Position numbers and translations under genes: made by a program
Source: Actinomycetes bacterium
GTDB lineage: Bacteria > Actinomycetota > Actinomycetes > S36-B12
NCBI GenBank assembly: GCA_024641635.1
Contig: JAHECS010000001.1
Location: 119,845-183,844 of the forward strand
DNA length: 64,000 nt
Direction: 5' to 3'
The notes under the pieces: generated by a model
Told to the model about the DNA's origin: nothing
Seen by the model: the letters and a program-made list of their open reading frames with translations, nothing else
Databases searched by the model: none
Shown: one piece after another, positions 1 through 9,544 of the stretch
Position numbering within the stretch: position 1 is the stretch's first letter
How the letters are laid out: the number at the start of each line of letters is the position of its first letter

Positions 1-1266
1 GATGGGCTTGAGCCGAGCGCCCCGGCATGCGGGGCAAGGCACCTCGCGCATGTACCCCTCGAACCGTTCGCGGCTGGCGTCGCTGTCTGCCTCGGCATGC
101 CGCCGCTGGACGAAGGGAACGACCCCCTCGTAGGAGGTGTAGTACGACCGCTGCCGTCCGTAGCGGTTCTTGTAGCGGACATGGATCTCCACCGGGTGAC
201 CGTCGAGCAGCGCCGTGCGGGCCGACGCGGGCAGGTCACGCCAGGGGGTCTCCATGCTGACCCCGAGCTCCTCGCACATCGCCTCGAGCAGCCGCCGGAA
301 GTAGTCCGACACCTGGCCCCGTGACCATGGCGCCAGGGCCCCCTCGGCGAGCGACAGGTCCTCGTCAGGCACGATCAGTTCGGGGTCCACCTCTCGCCGG
401 GTGCCGAGGCCCGTGCACTCCGGACATGCGCCGAACGGCGAGTTGAACGAGAAGGACCGTGGCTCGAGCTCCTCGAACGAGAGCCCATCGGTCGTGCAGG
501 CGAGATGCTCGCTGAAGGTCCGCTCGCGCTCAGGGTCGGCCTCGTCCCGGTCGACGAACTCCAGCACCACCAGTCCACCGCTCAGGCCCAGAGCGGTCTC
601 CACCGAGTCGGTGAGCCGGCGCCGGGACTCCGCCTTGACGGTGAGCCGGTCGACGACGACCTCGATGGTGTGCTTCTCCTGCTTCTTCAGGGCCGGGACG
701 TCGTCCAGCCCCACCACGACGCCGTCGACGCGGGCCCGCGAGTAGCCCTGCGCCTGGAGCTGCCGGAAGAGATCGGCGTACTCCCCCTTGCGCTCCCGAA
801 CCACAGGAGCGAGCACCTGGAAGCGGGTCGCCTCGGGGAGGCCGAGCACCTGGTCAACGATCTGCTGCGGGGTCTGCCGGGCGATGACCGACCCGCAGAC
901 CGGGCAGTGCGGCACCCCGATCCGCGCGAACAGGAGGCGCAGGTAGTCGTAGACCTCGGTGATGGTGCCCACCGTGGAGCGGGGGTTTCGCGAGGTGGAC
1001 TTCTGGTCGATGGAGACCGCGGGCGAGAGCCCCTCGATGAAGTCGACGTCCGGCTTGTCCATCTGCCCGAGGAACTGGCGGGCGTAGGAGGACAGGCTCT
1101 CGACGTAGCGTCGCTGGCCCTCGGCGAAGATGGTGTCGAAGGCCAGGCTGGACTTGCCCGAGCCGGACAGGCCGGTGAAGACGATGAGGGCGTCCCGCGG
1201 GAGATCGAGGGACACGTCCTTGAGGTTGTGCTCCCGCGCTCCCCGAACCACCAATCGCTCGCCCAC
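1..1266 (-). CDS. uvrA: Excinuclease ABC subunit A (5' part; truncated at window edge)
   Basis: Minus-strand frame from GTG 1266 reads [15 protein letters not shown]...[28 protein letters not shown], with zinc-finger CxxC motifs; open to base 1; absent from the ORF track because it is truncated. Confidence 0.97.
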   Translation of the reverse strand, partial: MGERLVVRGAREHNLKDVSLDLPRDALIVFTGLSGSGKSSLAFDTIFAEGQRRYVESLSSYARQFLGQMDKPDVDFIEGLSPAVSIDQKSTSRNPRSTVGTITEVYDYLRLLFARIGVPHCPVCGSVIARQTPQQIVDQVLGLPEATRFQVLAPVVRERKGEYADLFRQLQAQGYSRARVDGVVVGLDDVPALKKQEKHTIEVVVDRLTVKAESRRRLTDSVETALGLSGGLVVLEFVDRDEADPERERTFSEHLACTTDGLSFEELEPRSFSFNSPFGACPECTGLGTRREVDPELIVPDEDLSLAEGALAPWSRGQVSDYFRRLLEAMCEELGVSMETPWRDLPASARTALLDGHPVEIHVRYKNRYGRQRSYYTSYEGVVPFVQRRHAEADSDASRERFEGYMREVPCPACRGARLKPI

Positions 1267-1331
1267 AGGGTCCTCTTCCGGATTAGTCTTCACAGCGGCC
1301 AGGAACGGAGCCTCGAATGTATAACGGCAGG

Positions 1332-1967
1332 GTGACGGTCGGCGGACCGGCAGACGTGCACGAGCTCGCCCGCCTGCTCGTCAGCAAGCTGGCGGTCGGC
1401 CCATACGACAACAACTGCTACCTCCTGCGCTGTCGACGGACGGGAACCCAGGTCCTCGTGGACGCAGCCGCGGAACCGGATCGAATCATGGACCTCATCG
1501 GGCCCGACGGCATCTCGCTCATCGTCACGACCCACCGCCACCCGGACCACTGGCAGGCCCTCGCCGACATCGTCGAACGCACGGGTGCCCCGACGGCGGC
1601 CCACGTCGACGACGCCCCGGGGATCCCCGTTCCCACCGACATCCTGCTCGAGGACGGCGACACGGTGGACGTCGGCGAGTGCCCCCTGGAGGTGATCCAC
1701 CTCGTCGGCCACACCCCCGGATCCGTGGCGCTCCTCTATGACGACCCTGACGGTCCGCCGCACCTGATCACCGGGGACTGCCTGTTCCCGGGGGGCTTGG
1801 GCAAGACCACGCAACCCGAAGCGTTCGAGTCCCTCTACCGCGATGTGACCGGCAAGATCTTCGACCGCCTCCCGGACGAGACCTGGGTCTACCCCGGCCA
1901 CGGATGGGACACCACCATCGGCCAGGAACGCCCCCAGCTCGCCGACTGGTACGAGCGGAAATGGTGA
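1332..1967 (+). CDS. MBL-fold metallo-hydrolase (glyoxalase II-like)
   Basis: THRHPDH (HxHxDH), GHTPGS, TGDCLF, YPGHG motifs; start set at GTG 1332, 6 nt after TATAAC (probably leaderless); ORF track starts at 1317. Confidence 0.9.
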   Translation: MTVGGPADVHELARLLVSKLAVGPYDNNCYLLRCRRTGTQVLVDAAAEPDRIMDLIGPDGISLIVTTHRHPDHWQALADIVERTGAPTAAHVDDAPGIPVPTDILLEDGDTVDVGECPLEVIHLVGHTPGSVALLYDDPDGPPHLITGDCLFPGGLGKTTQPEAFESLYRDVTGKIFDRLPDETWVYPGHGWDTTIGQERPQLADWYERKW

Positions 1968-2065
1968 GTCGGCGGCTCGATCTGGCTAGTGCGCTCGGAC
2001 GAGCGGCCACGGCGCTGGCGCCCCGGGCCGCCGCAGAGGCGTGCCGAGGGTCGGGGTAGTCCGGC

Positions 2066-2242
2066 CTACTTTCGGTCCTTGATGACCAGGACGACGATGA
2101 TGCCGATGAGGGGCAGGAAGAAGCCCAGCAGTCCGTAGCCGACAGCGCTGTGACCCTTGTTCCCGGCGACCCGGGCACAGATGAAGGCGACGACGAGGGC
2201 GACGGCGATCGAGATGATCCAGAACCAGGTGTTGTTGCTCAT
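2066..2242 (-). CDS. Small (58 aa) two-helix membrane protein
   Basis: MSNNTWFWIISIAVALVVAFICARVAGNKGHSAVGYGLLGFFLPLIGIIVVLVIKDRK; AAGGAG upstream of ATG 2242. Confidence 0.75.
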   Translation of the reverse strand: MSNNTWFWIISIAVALVVAFICARVAGNKGHSAVGYGLLGFFLPLIGIIVVLVIKDRK

Positions 2243-2409
2243 GGCGAGATGGTCTCCTTGGTGACCGGCCGGGACCGTGTTCCGCTGCGCAACGGTCGTT
2301 TGCCGGGACGCTGGGTTGGCGGCAGCGCTCAAGGGTGGGGTACCCGGACCCCAAAATCAAGCATCCGACGGGCCGCGTCGGAAATCGCTCTACACGCCCA
2401 GGCTCTCGA

Positions 2410-3180
2410 TCAGGGCCTCGAGGGTGGCCTGGTCTCGAGGTCGCCGGGCACGAGTGCCGCGTGGATGGCCCGAACCTGCTCCTGCAGCTCGTCGATCCGC
2501 GCGAGCAGCTCAGCCTGCTCGGTGTCCTCCTGGGCCTGAAGGCGCGCCAGGAAGCCTGACGCCAGGGTGCCGGAAACAACGCCCACGAGACCGATCCCGA
2601 CGAGCATCATTGCCACCGCCACGACGCGACCGGCGCCGGTGACGGGCACCGCGTCGCCGTAGCCCACCGTCGACATCGTGACGAAGGCCCACCACAGCGC
2701 GTCCGGGAAGGTGGTGATCTGGGCACCTTCGACTCCCCGCTCCACGTCGAGTACCGCCAAGGCCCCGACGAGGGCGAGGAACGAGACGGCGACGGCCACC
2801 GCCGTAGCGGTCTGGGCGCTCGCGAGCCGACCGCCGCGACGTACCAGCCACTGGCCGGCGGTGATGACTCGCAGGACCCGGAGGAACCGGAACGCCGGCA
2901 CGGCGACAGCCAGTACGTCGATCGGGTGCTTGAGGAGGTAGCGGTGCCACGACGGGGACATCCCCGCACGCACCGCGAGGTCGACGGCGAAGGTGATCCA
3001 GATCGCCAGCGCGACGACGTCCAGGAAGGCCACGACCGGCGTGGGCAGCTCCGCAACGAGGACCTGGATGGCGAAGACGCCGAGGTAGACCAACGCCAGG
3101 ACCACCATGATCCAGGCAGTGCGATCCTCGTATGCCTCGAGGCGCCTCTTGCGCTCCTCCGCCGTCCTTCGCGTGGCCAT
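2410..3180 (-). CDS. Potassium channel family protein (6TM/ion transport)
   Basis: Selectivity filter TMSTVGYGD, S4-like FRFLRVLRV, multiple TM helices. Confidence 0.9.
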   Translation of the reverse strand: MATRRTAEERKRRLEAYEDRTAWIMVVLALVYLGVFAIQVLVAELPTPVVAFLDVVALAIWITFAVDLAVRAGMSPSWHRYLLKHPIDVLAVAVPAFRFLRVLRVITAGQWLVRRGGRLASAQTATAVAVAVSFLALVGALAVLDVERGVEGAQITTFPDALWWAFVTMSTVGYGDAVPVTGAGRVVAVAMMLVGIGLVGVVSGTLASGFLARLQAQEDTEQAELLARIDELQEQVRAIHAALVPGDLETRPPSRP

Positions 3181-3183
3181 GCC

Positions 3184-4194
3184 TCACTCCATCCGTTCGG
3201 ACTCGATCCGGTGGTGGTCTGCGTCGGTCATCCGGCCCGCATGCGCGATGGCCGTCGGGTCCTTGCGGACCTTGAGCCAGGACGCGACCCCCGTGATGAG
3301 CAGCACGGTGATGATGAAGGCGAGACTGACATTCGTCGGGATCTTGGGGATGGTGTCGGGCCACGTCTCGTGCGCCCAGGTCAGTACGAGCTTGACGCCG
3401 ATGAACACCAGGATGACCGCGAGCCCGGTCGACAGGTAGACCAGTTTGTCGAGCAGTCCCTTCAGGAGGAAGTACAGCGCCCGCAGGCCCAGCAGGGCGA
3501 AGGCGTTCGCCGCGAAGACGAGGTACGGGATCTGGGTCACGCCGAAGGTCGCCGGAATCGAGTCAAGGGCGAAGAGCAGGTCGGTCGAGCCGATCGCGAT
3601 CATGACCAGGAGAAGCGGCGTCATGGCCCGACGGCCGTCGATGCGGGTGAGCAGCCTCGTCCCCTCGTAGTGGTCGGAGACCAGGAACCTCTTGCGCACC
3701 ACCCGGATGACTGGGTTGTCCGCGGGCTCCGGATCCTCGTTGCGATGGCGGGCCAGCTGGATGCCGGTCCAGATGAGGATCGCGCCGAAGATCACGAACG
3801 TGAAGGCGAAGGCGGCGAGCGCCGCGGCGCCGATGGCGATGAAGATCGCCCGCAGGATCAGGGCGAGCACCACTCCCACGAGCAGGACGCGCTGATGCAG
3901 TTCCGCTGGCACGGCGAACTGCGCCAGGATGATGATGAAGACGAAGAGGTTGTCGACGCTGAGCGACTTCTCGACCAGGTAGGCGGCGAAGTACTGGGTG
4001 CCGACGTCGCCGCCCTGCCACACCCACATCGCGATGCCGAAGGCAATGGCGATGCCGATGTAGAAGATCGACCAGAGCAGGGCTTCCCTGAACATCACCT
4101 CGTGCGGCTTGCGGCTGACCGTCACGAAGTCGAGCGCGATGAGCGCGACGATCCCTGCGATCGTCACCGCCCACAGGGTCAGGGTCACGTCCAC
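3184..4194 (-). CDS. TerC/Alx family membrane protein (paralog 2)
   Basis: [12 protein letters not shown] and [12 protein letters not shown] motifs, about 9 TM helices. Confidence 0.92.
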   Translation of the reverse strand: MDVTLTLWAVTIAGIVALIALDFVTVSRKPHEVMFREALLWSIFYIGIAIAFGIAMWVWQGGDVGTQYFAAYLVEKSLSVDNLFVFIIILAQFAVPAELHQRVLLVGVVLALILRAIFIAIGAAALAAFAFTFVIFGAILIWTGIQLARHRNEDPEPADNPVIRVVRKRFLVSDHYEGTRLLTRIDGRRAMTPLLLVMIAIGSTDLLFALDSIPATFGVTQIPYLVFAANAFALLGLRALYFLLKGLLDKLVYLSTGLAVILVFIGVKLVLTWAHETWPDTIPKIPTNVSLAFIITVLLITGVASWLKVRKDPTAIAHAGRMTDADHHRIESERME

Positions 4195-4196
4195 GA

Positions 4197-5183
4197 TCAG
4201 GTGTCTCCCTCACTGCTTGGCGCGGCCCCAGGCTTGGAGCCGCGCGTGGCATAGACACTAGTGAGGGCGGTGACGGCCAGCACGCCGACGATGAACACCA
4301 GGGAGATCCAGATCGGGATGGTCGGGACATCCAGGCTCGTTGTCGTGTGGATGGCCTCGAGGATGAGCTTGACTCCGATGAAGGCGAGGATGATCGCCAG
4401 ACCTCGGTTCAGGTGCTGAAGGCGCTCGAGGAGCCCATGCAGGAGGAAGTACAGCTGCCTGAGCCCCATCAGCGCGAAGGCGTTGACGGCGAACACGAGG
4501 TACGCCTCGCTGGTGATCCCGAAGACCGCGGGGATGCTGTCGAGCGCGAAGAGCAGGTCGGTCGTCCCGATGGCCAGCATCACCATCGCCATCGGCGTGA
4601 GGGCTCGGCGACCCGCGACCCGCGTGACGAGGCGAGCACCGTCGTAGTGCGGGGAGGTCGGCACGCGGGCGCCAACCCAGCGGACCAGGCCGTTGCCGTT
4701 GGGGTCGGGCTCGGTGTCCTCGGACCCCCAGACCTGCCAGGCGGTGAACAGGAGGAAGGCGCCGAAGAGGTAGAAGGTGCCGGAGAACCGCTCGATCAGC
4801 TCCGCACCGATGAGGATCAGCGCGCCGCGGAGGATCAGGGCGATGACGATGCCGACGAGGAGGACCCTGTGCTGGAGTGCCGGAGGAACGGCGAACGAGC
4901 CCATGATCACCATGAACACGAAGAGGTTGTCGACGCTGAGCGAGTACTCCATCAGGTACCCGGCCACGAACTGCCCGCCGTAGACGAGCCCGAAGTACCA
5001 GGCGATGAACACCGCGAAGGCAGCGGCCAGCGCTACGTAGAAGGCCACCCATCGGGCGGCCTGCTTGGGCCCGAAGGGATGCGGTCGACGGTCGACGATG
5101 ATCAGGTCGAGGACGATGATGCCGACCAGGCCGATCAGCGTGGCTGCCCACAACCAGCCGGGGACCTCGAGAGCAGCCGTCAT
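4197..5183 (-). CDS. TerC/Alx family membrane protein (paralog 1)
   Basis: [12 protein letters not shown] and [12 protein letters not shown] motifs; start overlaps the uvrB stop (ATGA). Confidence 0.92.
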   Translation of the reverse strand: MTAALEVPGWLWAATLIGLVGIIVLDLIIVDRRPHPFGPKQAARWVAFYVALAAAFAVFIAWYFGLVYGGQFVAGYLMEYSLSVDNLFVFMVIMGSFAVPPALQHRVLLVGIVIALILRGALILIGAELIERFSGTFYLFGAFLLFTAWQVWGSEDTEPDPNGNGLVRWVGARVPTSPHYDGARLVTRVAGRRALTPMAMVMLAIGTTDLLFALDSIPAVFGITSEAYLVFAVNAFALMGLRQLYFLLHGLLERLQHLNRGLAIILAFIGVKLILEAIHTTTSLDVPTIPIWISLVFIVGVLAVTALTSVYATRGSKPGAAPSSEGDT

Positions 5184-7243
5184 GCGGTGCCAGCCTCGCG
5201 CATCCCGCGGAGCTCCTTCTTCAGGTCCGACACCTCGTCCCGGAGGCGCGCGGCCAGCTCGAACTGGAGTTCGGCCGCGGCCTGATGCATCTGCGCCGTG
5301 AGCTCCTCGATGAGACGGGTGAGCTCGTCGGCCGCCAGGGAACGACCGCCCGCTCTACGGCTGGGCTTCGCCGCCGCCTGGGACAGCAGTTGCTCGGTGT
5401 CCGCGTCCTCCCGGGCGAGCAGGTCCGTGATGTCCGCGATCCGCTTGCGCAGGGGTTGCGGGTCGAGGCCACGCTCCTCGTTGTAGGCCACCTGCTTCGC
5501 CCGGCGGCGGGAGGTCTCGTCGATCGCCGTCTGCATGGACGGCGTGATCTTGTCGGCGTACATGTGCACCTGCCCGGACACATTGCGCGCCGCCCTGCCG
5601 ATCGTCTGGATGAGCGACGTGCCGGACCGGAGGAACCCTTCCTTGTCGGCGTCGAGGATCGCGACGAGCGACACCTCCGGAAGGTCGAGTCCCTCGCGAA
5701 GGAGGTTGATGCCGACCAGGACGTCGAACACCCCCAGCCGAAGCTCCCGAAGCAGCTCGACGCGTCGGAGGGTGTCGACCTCCGAGTGCAGGTACTGCAC
5801 CCGGACCCCGTGCTCGAGCAGGTAGTCGGTGAGGTCCTCGGCCATCCGCTTCGTCAGGGTCGTGACGAGGACCCGCTCGGACCGCTCGGACCGCTCGCGG
5901 ATCTCGCCCATGAGGTCGTCGATCTGCCCCTTGGTGGGCTTGACGACGATCTCAGGATCGACCAGACCCGTGGGCCGGATCACCTGCTCCACGACGTCGC
6001 CGCCGGCGCGGGTCAGCTCGTACGGACCCGGCGTCGCGGAGAGGAACACCGTCTGGCCGATGCGCTCCACGAACTCGTCCCACCGCAACGGCCTGTTGTC
6101 CATGGCGCTCGGCAGCCGGAAGCCGTGATCCACGAGGGTCCGCTTCCGGCTCATGTCGCCTTCGTACATGGCCCCGATCTGGGGCACCGTCACGTGCGAC
6201 TCGTCGATGACCAGGAGGAAGTCCTCGGGGAAGTAGTCCAGCAGGCAGTTCGGGGGGCTGCCCGGCTCGCGCCCGTCGATGTGCCTGGAGTAGTTCTCGA
6301 TCCCGGCGCACGATCCGATCTGCCGCATCATCTCGACGTCGTACGTGGTCCTCATGCGAAGCCGCTGAGCCTCGAGCAGCTGCCCCTGCCGTTCGAGCTC
6401 GCCGAGCCGCTGCTCCAGCTCGGCCTCGATGCCCGAGATGGCGCGCTCCATGCGCTCCGGCCCGGCCACGTAGTGGGTCGCCGGGAAGACGTAGACCTCC
6501 TCGTCTTCCGTGAGGATCTCCCCGGTGACCGGGTGCAGGGTCATGAGCCGCTCGATCTCGTCACCGAACATCTCGATGCGCACCGGGTGCTGCTCGTACA
6601 CCGGGAACACCTCGACCGTGTCTCCCCTGACCCGGAACGTTCCGCGGGTGAACGCCACGTCGTTGCGCGTGTACTGGATGTCCACGAAGGCACGGAGGAG
6701 GCGGTCCCGGTCGAACTCCTCCCCGACCCTCAGCCGGACCATGCGATCCACGTACTCCTGGGGGGTGCCGAGACCATAGATCGCGGAGACCGTCGCCACC
6801 ACCAGGCAGTCGCGCCGGGTGAGCAGGCTGTTGGTCGCGGAGTGCCGGAGCCGCTCCACCTCCTCGTTGATGGAGGAGTCCTTCTCGATGTAGGTGTCCG
6901 ACTGCGGGATGTACGCCTCGGGCTGGTAGTAGTCGTAGTACGAGACGAAGTACTCGACCGCGTTGTCCGGCAGGAGATCCTTGAACTCCGACGTCAGCTG
7001 CGCGGCCAGCGTCTTGTTCGGGGCCATGACCAGCGTCGGTCGCTGCAGCTGCTCCACGAGCCAGGCCGTGGTCGCGCTCTTGCCCGTGCCCGTCGCGCCA
7101 AGGAGGACGACCTCACCGTCGCCGGCCCGGATCCGCCTCGCGATCTCCGCGATCGCCTCGGGCTGGTCTCCGGCGGGCTCGTAGGGCGCCTTGACCGTGA
7201 ACGGGGCCACGCGCCGCTGGAGGTCGGTTACCGGGCGTGTCAC
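5180..7243 (-). CDS. uvrB: Excinuclease ABC subunit B
   Basis: LGATGTGKS Walker [11 protein letters not shown] beta-hairpin, DESH, C-terminal UVR coil. Confidence 0.98.
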   Translation of the reverse strand: MTRPVTDLQRRVAPFTVKAPYEPAGDQPEAIAEIARRIRAGDGEVVLLGATGTGKSATTAWLVEQLQRPTLVMAPNKTLAAQLTSEFKDLLPDNAVEYFVSYYDYYQPEAYIPQSDTYIEKDSSINEEVERLRHSATNSLLTRRDCLVVATVSAIYGLGTPQEYVDRMVRLRVGEEFDRDRLLRAFVDIQYTRNDVAFTRGTFRVRGDTVEVFPVYEQHPVRIEMFGDEIERLMTLHPVTGEILTEDEEVYVFPATHYVAGPERMERAISGIEAELEQRLGELERQGQLLEAQRLRMRTTYDVEMMRQIGSCAGIENYSRHIDGREPGSPPNCLLDYFPEDFLLVIDESHVTVPQIGAMYEGDMSRKRTLVDHGFRLPSAMDNRPLRWDEFVERIGQTVFLSATPGPYELTRAGGDVVEQVIRPTGLVDPEIVVKPTKGQIDDLMGEIRERSERSERVLVTTLTKRMAEDLTDYLLEHGVRVQYLHSEVDTLRRVELLRELRLGVFDVLVGINLLREGLDLPEVSLVAILDADKEGFLRSGTSLIQTIGRAARNVSGQVHMYADKITPSMQTAIDETSRRRAKQVAYNEERGLDPQPLRKRIADITDLLAREDADTEQLLSQAAAKPSRRAGGRSLAADELTRLIEELTAQMHQAAAELQFELAARLRDEVSDLKKELRGMREAGTA

Positions 7244-7854
7244 CTTTCCACGGTAGTGGATGGGGGCGACACCGACACTCGGGCCCAGAGCGCCCCGACC
7301 TGCTCCTCGGTGGCCTCGATCCCGCCTTCGTTGTCGATGACGACGTCCGCGGCGGCCAGCCGATCGGCGCGGCTGGCCTGCACGCTCATGCGCCGCTGCA
7401 CGTCAGCGTCATCCAGTCCCCGGCCCCCCACGGCCCGGGAGATCTGGACGTCCTCCGGCACATCCACCACCACGACGAGATCGACGAGATCCTGCTGCCC
7501 GGTCTCGACGAGCAGGGGCATGTCGTAGACGACGACAGGCGCCACCGGGTCCGCGGCGAGCCGGCGCTCGGCCTCCGCGCGGATCATCGGGTGCATGATC
7601 GCGTTCAGCCGCCCGGTCGCCCTAGGATCGCTGAAGGCCATCGAGGCGAGCTCCGCACGGCTCAACGAGCCGTCCGCCTGCAGGATGCGCGGCCCGAACT
7701 CGGTCACCAGCTCGGCCAGCGCCGCGCCGCCCGGCTCCACGAGGTCCCGCGCGATCTGGTCGGCATCGACCACGACCGCCCCACGATCCGCGAGCATCCG
7801 GGCGACGGTGGACTTGCCCGAGCCGATTCCGCCCGTCAGGCCGATACGCATCAT
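7240..7854 (-). CDS. coaE: Dephospho-CoA kinase
   Basis: [14 protein letters not shown]-loop, [15 protein letters not shown]. Confidence 0.96.
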   Translation of the reverse strand: MMRIGLTGGIGSGKSTVARMLADRGAVVVDADQIARDLVEPGGAALAELVTEFGPRILQADGSLSRAELASMAFSDPRATGRLNAIMHPMIRAEAERRLAADPVAPVVVYDMPLLVETGQQDLVDLVVVVDVPEDVQISRAVGGRGLDDADVQRRMSVQASRADRLAAADVVIDNEGGIEATEEQVGALWARVSVSPPSTTVER

Positions 7855-7866
7855 GCCTGCACCCTA

Positions 7867-7941
7867 GAACGCCGCGAGTGGTGAGGCTCGACCCAACGGG
7901 ACTCAGTCCCGTGAGCCGCGCCTCACCACTCGCGGATGTTC
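7867..7941. repeat. Nested palindrome (16-bp outer stem plus 7-bp inner stem) between rpsA and coaE; terminator or REP-like
   Basis: CCGCGAGTGGTGAGGC (7872-7887) is the exact reverse complement of 7920-7935; inner ACGGGAC-TCA-GTCCCGT at 7896-7912. Confidence 0.8.
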
Positions 7942-7950
7942 GTGCGCGAC

Positions 7951-9408
7951 CTACTCGCCCGTGAGCTTGTCCCGAAGGGCCTGGAGCGCCTCGTCCGAGG
8001 CCAGCGTGCCCTCGGCGTCGGTGCTCTCCGACGAGTAGTTGGACACCGACTCGCCGGACTCCAGCGCGGCCGCCTGATCGGCAGCGCGGGCATCGTCGAC
8101 CTGCTTGCGGTGGGCCTCCCAGCGCGCGTGAGCCTCGGCGTACTGCCGCTCCCACTCTGCCCGCTGGTCCTCCGACCCGGCCTTCCACTCGCCCGTCTCG
8201 GGGTCGAAGCCGTCAGGTCCGATGTAGTCGCCGGCCTCGTTGAACGCCGGCGCCATGCCGTACAGGTAGGGATCGAACTCCTCGCCGGCGGTGCCGTCTG
8301 CGGAGTCGTTCGCCTGCTTGAGCGACAGTGAGATGCGGCGACGCTCGAGGTCGATGTCGATGACCCGAACGAAGATGTCGTCGTTGACCTGGACGATCTG
8401 CTCCGGCAGCTCGATGTGACGCTCGGCCAGCTCAGAGATGTGCACCAGGCCCTCGATGCCCTCCTCGACGCGAACGAACGCACCGAAGGGCACGAGCTTC
8501 GTGACCTTGCCCGGCACGACCTGCCCGATCTGGTGGGTCCGTGCGAAGTGCTGCCACGGATCCTCCTGGGTCGCCTTCAGCGACAGCGAGACCCGCTCGC
8601 GGTCCATGTCGACGTCGAGCACCTCGACGGTGACCTCCTGGCCGACCTCGACAACCTCGGACGGGTGGTCGATGTGCTTCCAGGACAGCTCCGAGACGTG
8701 CACGAGGCCGTCGACGCCCCCGAGGTCCACGAACGCGCCGAAGTTGACGATGCTGGAGACGACGCCGTTGCGGATCTGGCCCTTCTGCAGCTGGGTGAGG
8801 AACGTCTGCCGAACCTCGCTCTGCGTCTGCTCGAGCCAGGCGCGGCGCGACAGGACCACGTTGTTGCGGTTCTTGTCGAGCTCGATGATCTTCGCCTCGA
8901 GGGTCTTGCCCACGTATGGCTGGAGATCGCGCACACGACGCATCTCGACGAGCGACGCCGGCAGGAAGCCGCGCAGGCCGATGTCCAGGATCAGGCCGCC
9001 CTTGACGACCTCGATCACGGAGCCTTCGACGACGCCGTCCTCCTCCTTGATCCGCTCGATCGTGCCCCACGCCCGCTCGTACTGCGCGCGCTTCTTGGAC
9101 AGGATCAGCCGGCCTTCCTTGTCCTCCTTGGTGAGGACGAGGGCCTCGACGTGGTCACCCACGGAGACGACCTGGCTGGGGTCGACGTCGTGCTTGATGC
9201 TCAGCTCGCGGGAGGGGATGACACCCTCGGTCTTGTAGCCGATGTCGAGCAGGACCTCGTCGCGGTCCACCTTGACGATGGTGCCCTCGACGATGTCACC
9301 GTCGTTGAAGTACTTGATCGTGGCGTCGATCGCCGCCATGAAGTCCTCGGCCGAGCCGATGTCGTTGACCGCCACCTGGGCGGGTGCTGCAGTAGTAGAG
9401 GTGGTCAT
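7951..9408 (-). CDS. rpsA: 30S ribosomal protein S1
   Basis: AVNDIGSAEDF, four S1 repeats (GAFVDLGGVDGLVHVSELSW etc.); start set at ATG 9408 (MTTSTT). Confidence 0.98.
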   Translation of the reverse strand: MTTSTTAAPAQVAVNDIGSAEDFMAAIDATIKYFNDGDIVEGTIVKVDRDEVLLDIGYKTEGVIPSRELSIKHDVDPSQVVSVGDHVEALVLTKEDKEGRLILSKKRAQYERAWGTIERIKEEDGVVEGSVIEVVKGGLILDIGLRGFLPASLVEMRRVRDLQPYVGKTLEAKIIELDKNRNNVVLSRRAWLEQTQSEVRQTFLTQLQKGQIRNGVVSSIVNFGAFVDLGGVDGLVHVSELSWKHIDHPSEVVEVGQEVTVEVLDVDMDRERVSLSLKATQEDPWQHFARTHQIGQVVPGKVTKLVPFGAFVRVEEGIEGLVHISELAERHIELPEQIVQVNDDIFVRVIDIDLERRRISLSLKQANDSADGTAGEEFDPYLYGMAPAFNEAGDYIGPDGFDPETGEWKAGSEDQRAEWERQYAEAHARWEAHRKQVDDARAADQAAALESGESVSNYSSESTDAEGTLASDEALQALRDKLTGE

Positions 9409-9544
9409 GGAGTAGGGGATCCTGTAATTGACAGCGCCGGACGCAGGGTGCCGGTGAGCGTGCGGCAACCCCTAGGTCCGGGAAACCACCCCTGTGAACA
9501 GCCTTCCAAGGGTACTCCCTCGTGGATCGTCGCCCGACCACGCC

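Noticed and set aside
1313-1328. Possible SOS box at the uvrA promoter (TCGAAT...)
   Set aside because: Only one imperfect half site; the GTTCG half is missing.
2243-2409. Possible c-di-GMP or other riboswitch upstream of the microprotein (GGCAAAC and hairpins)
   Set aside because: No GNRA tetraloop/receptor or matching P1 pairing could be found by eye; an Infernal/Rfam scan would settle it.
5285-7528. Very long antisense ORFs (also 8416-9768, 35014-36744, 47196-48902, 30366-31778 and others)
   Set aside because: They mirror well-recognised genes on the opposite strand; high GC at third positions removes stop codons in the antisense frame; no recognisable motifs.
9409-9544. rpsA leader lacking a Shine-Dalgarno sequence
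   Set aside because: Expected for rpsA in many bacteria; no specific structure could be supported by eye.
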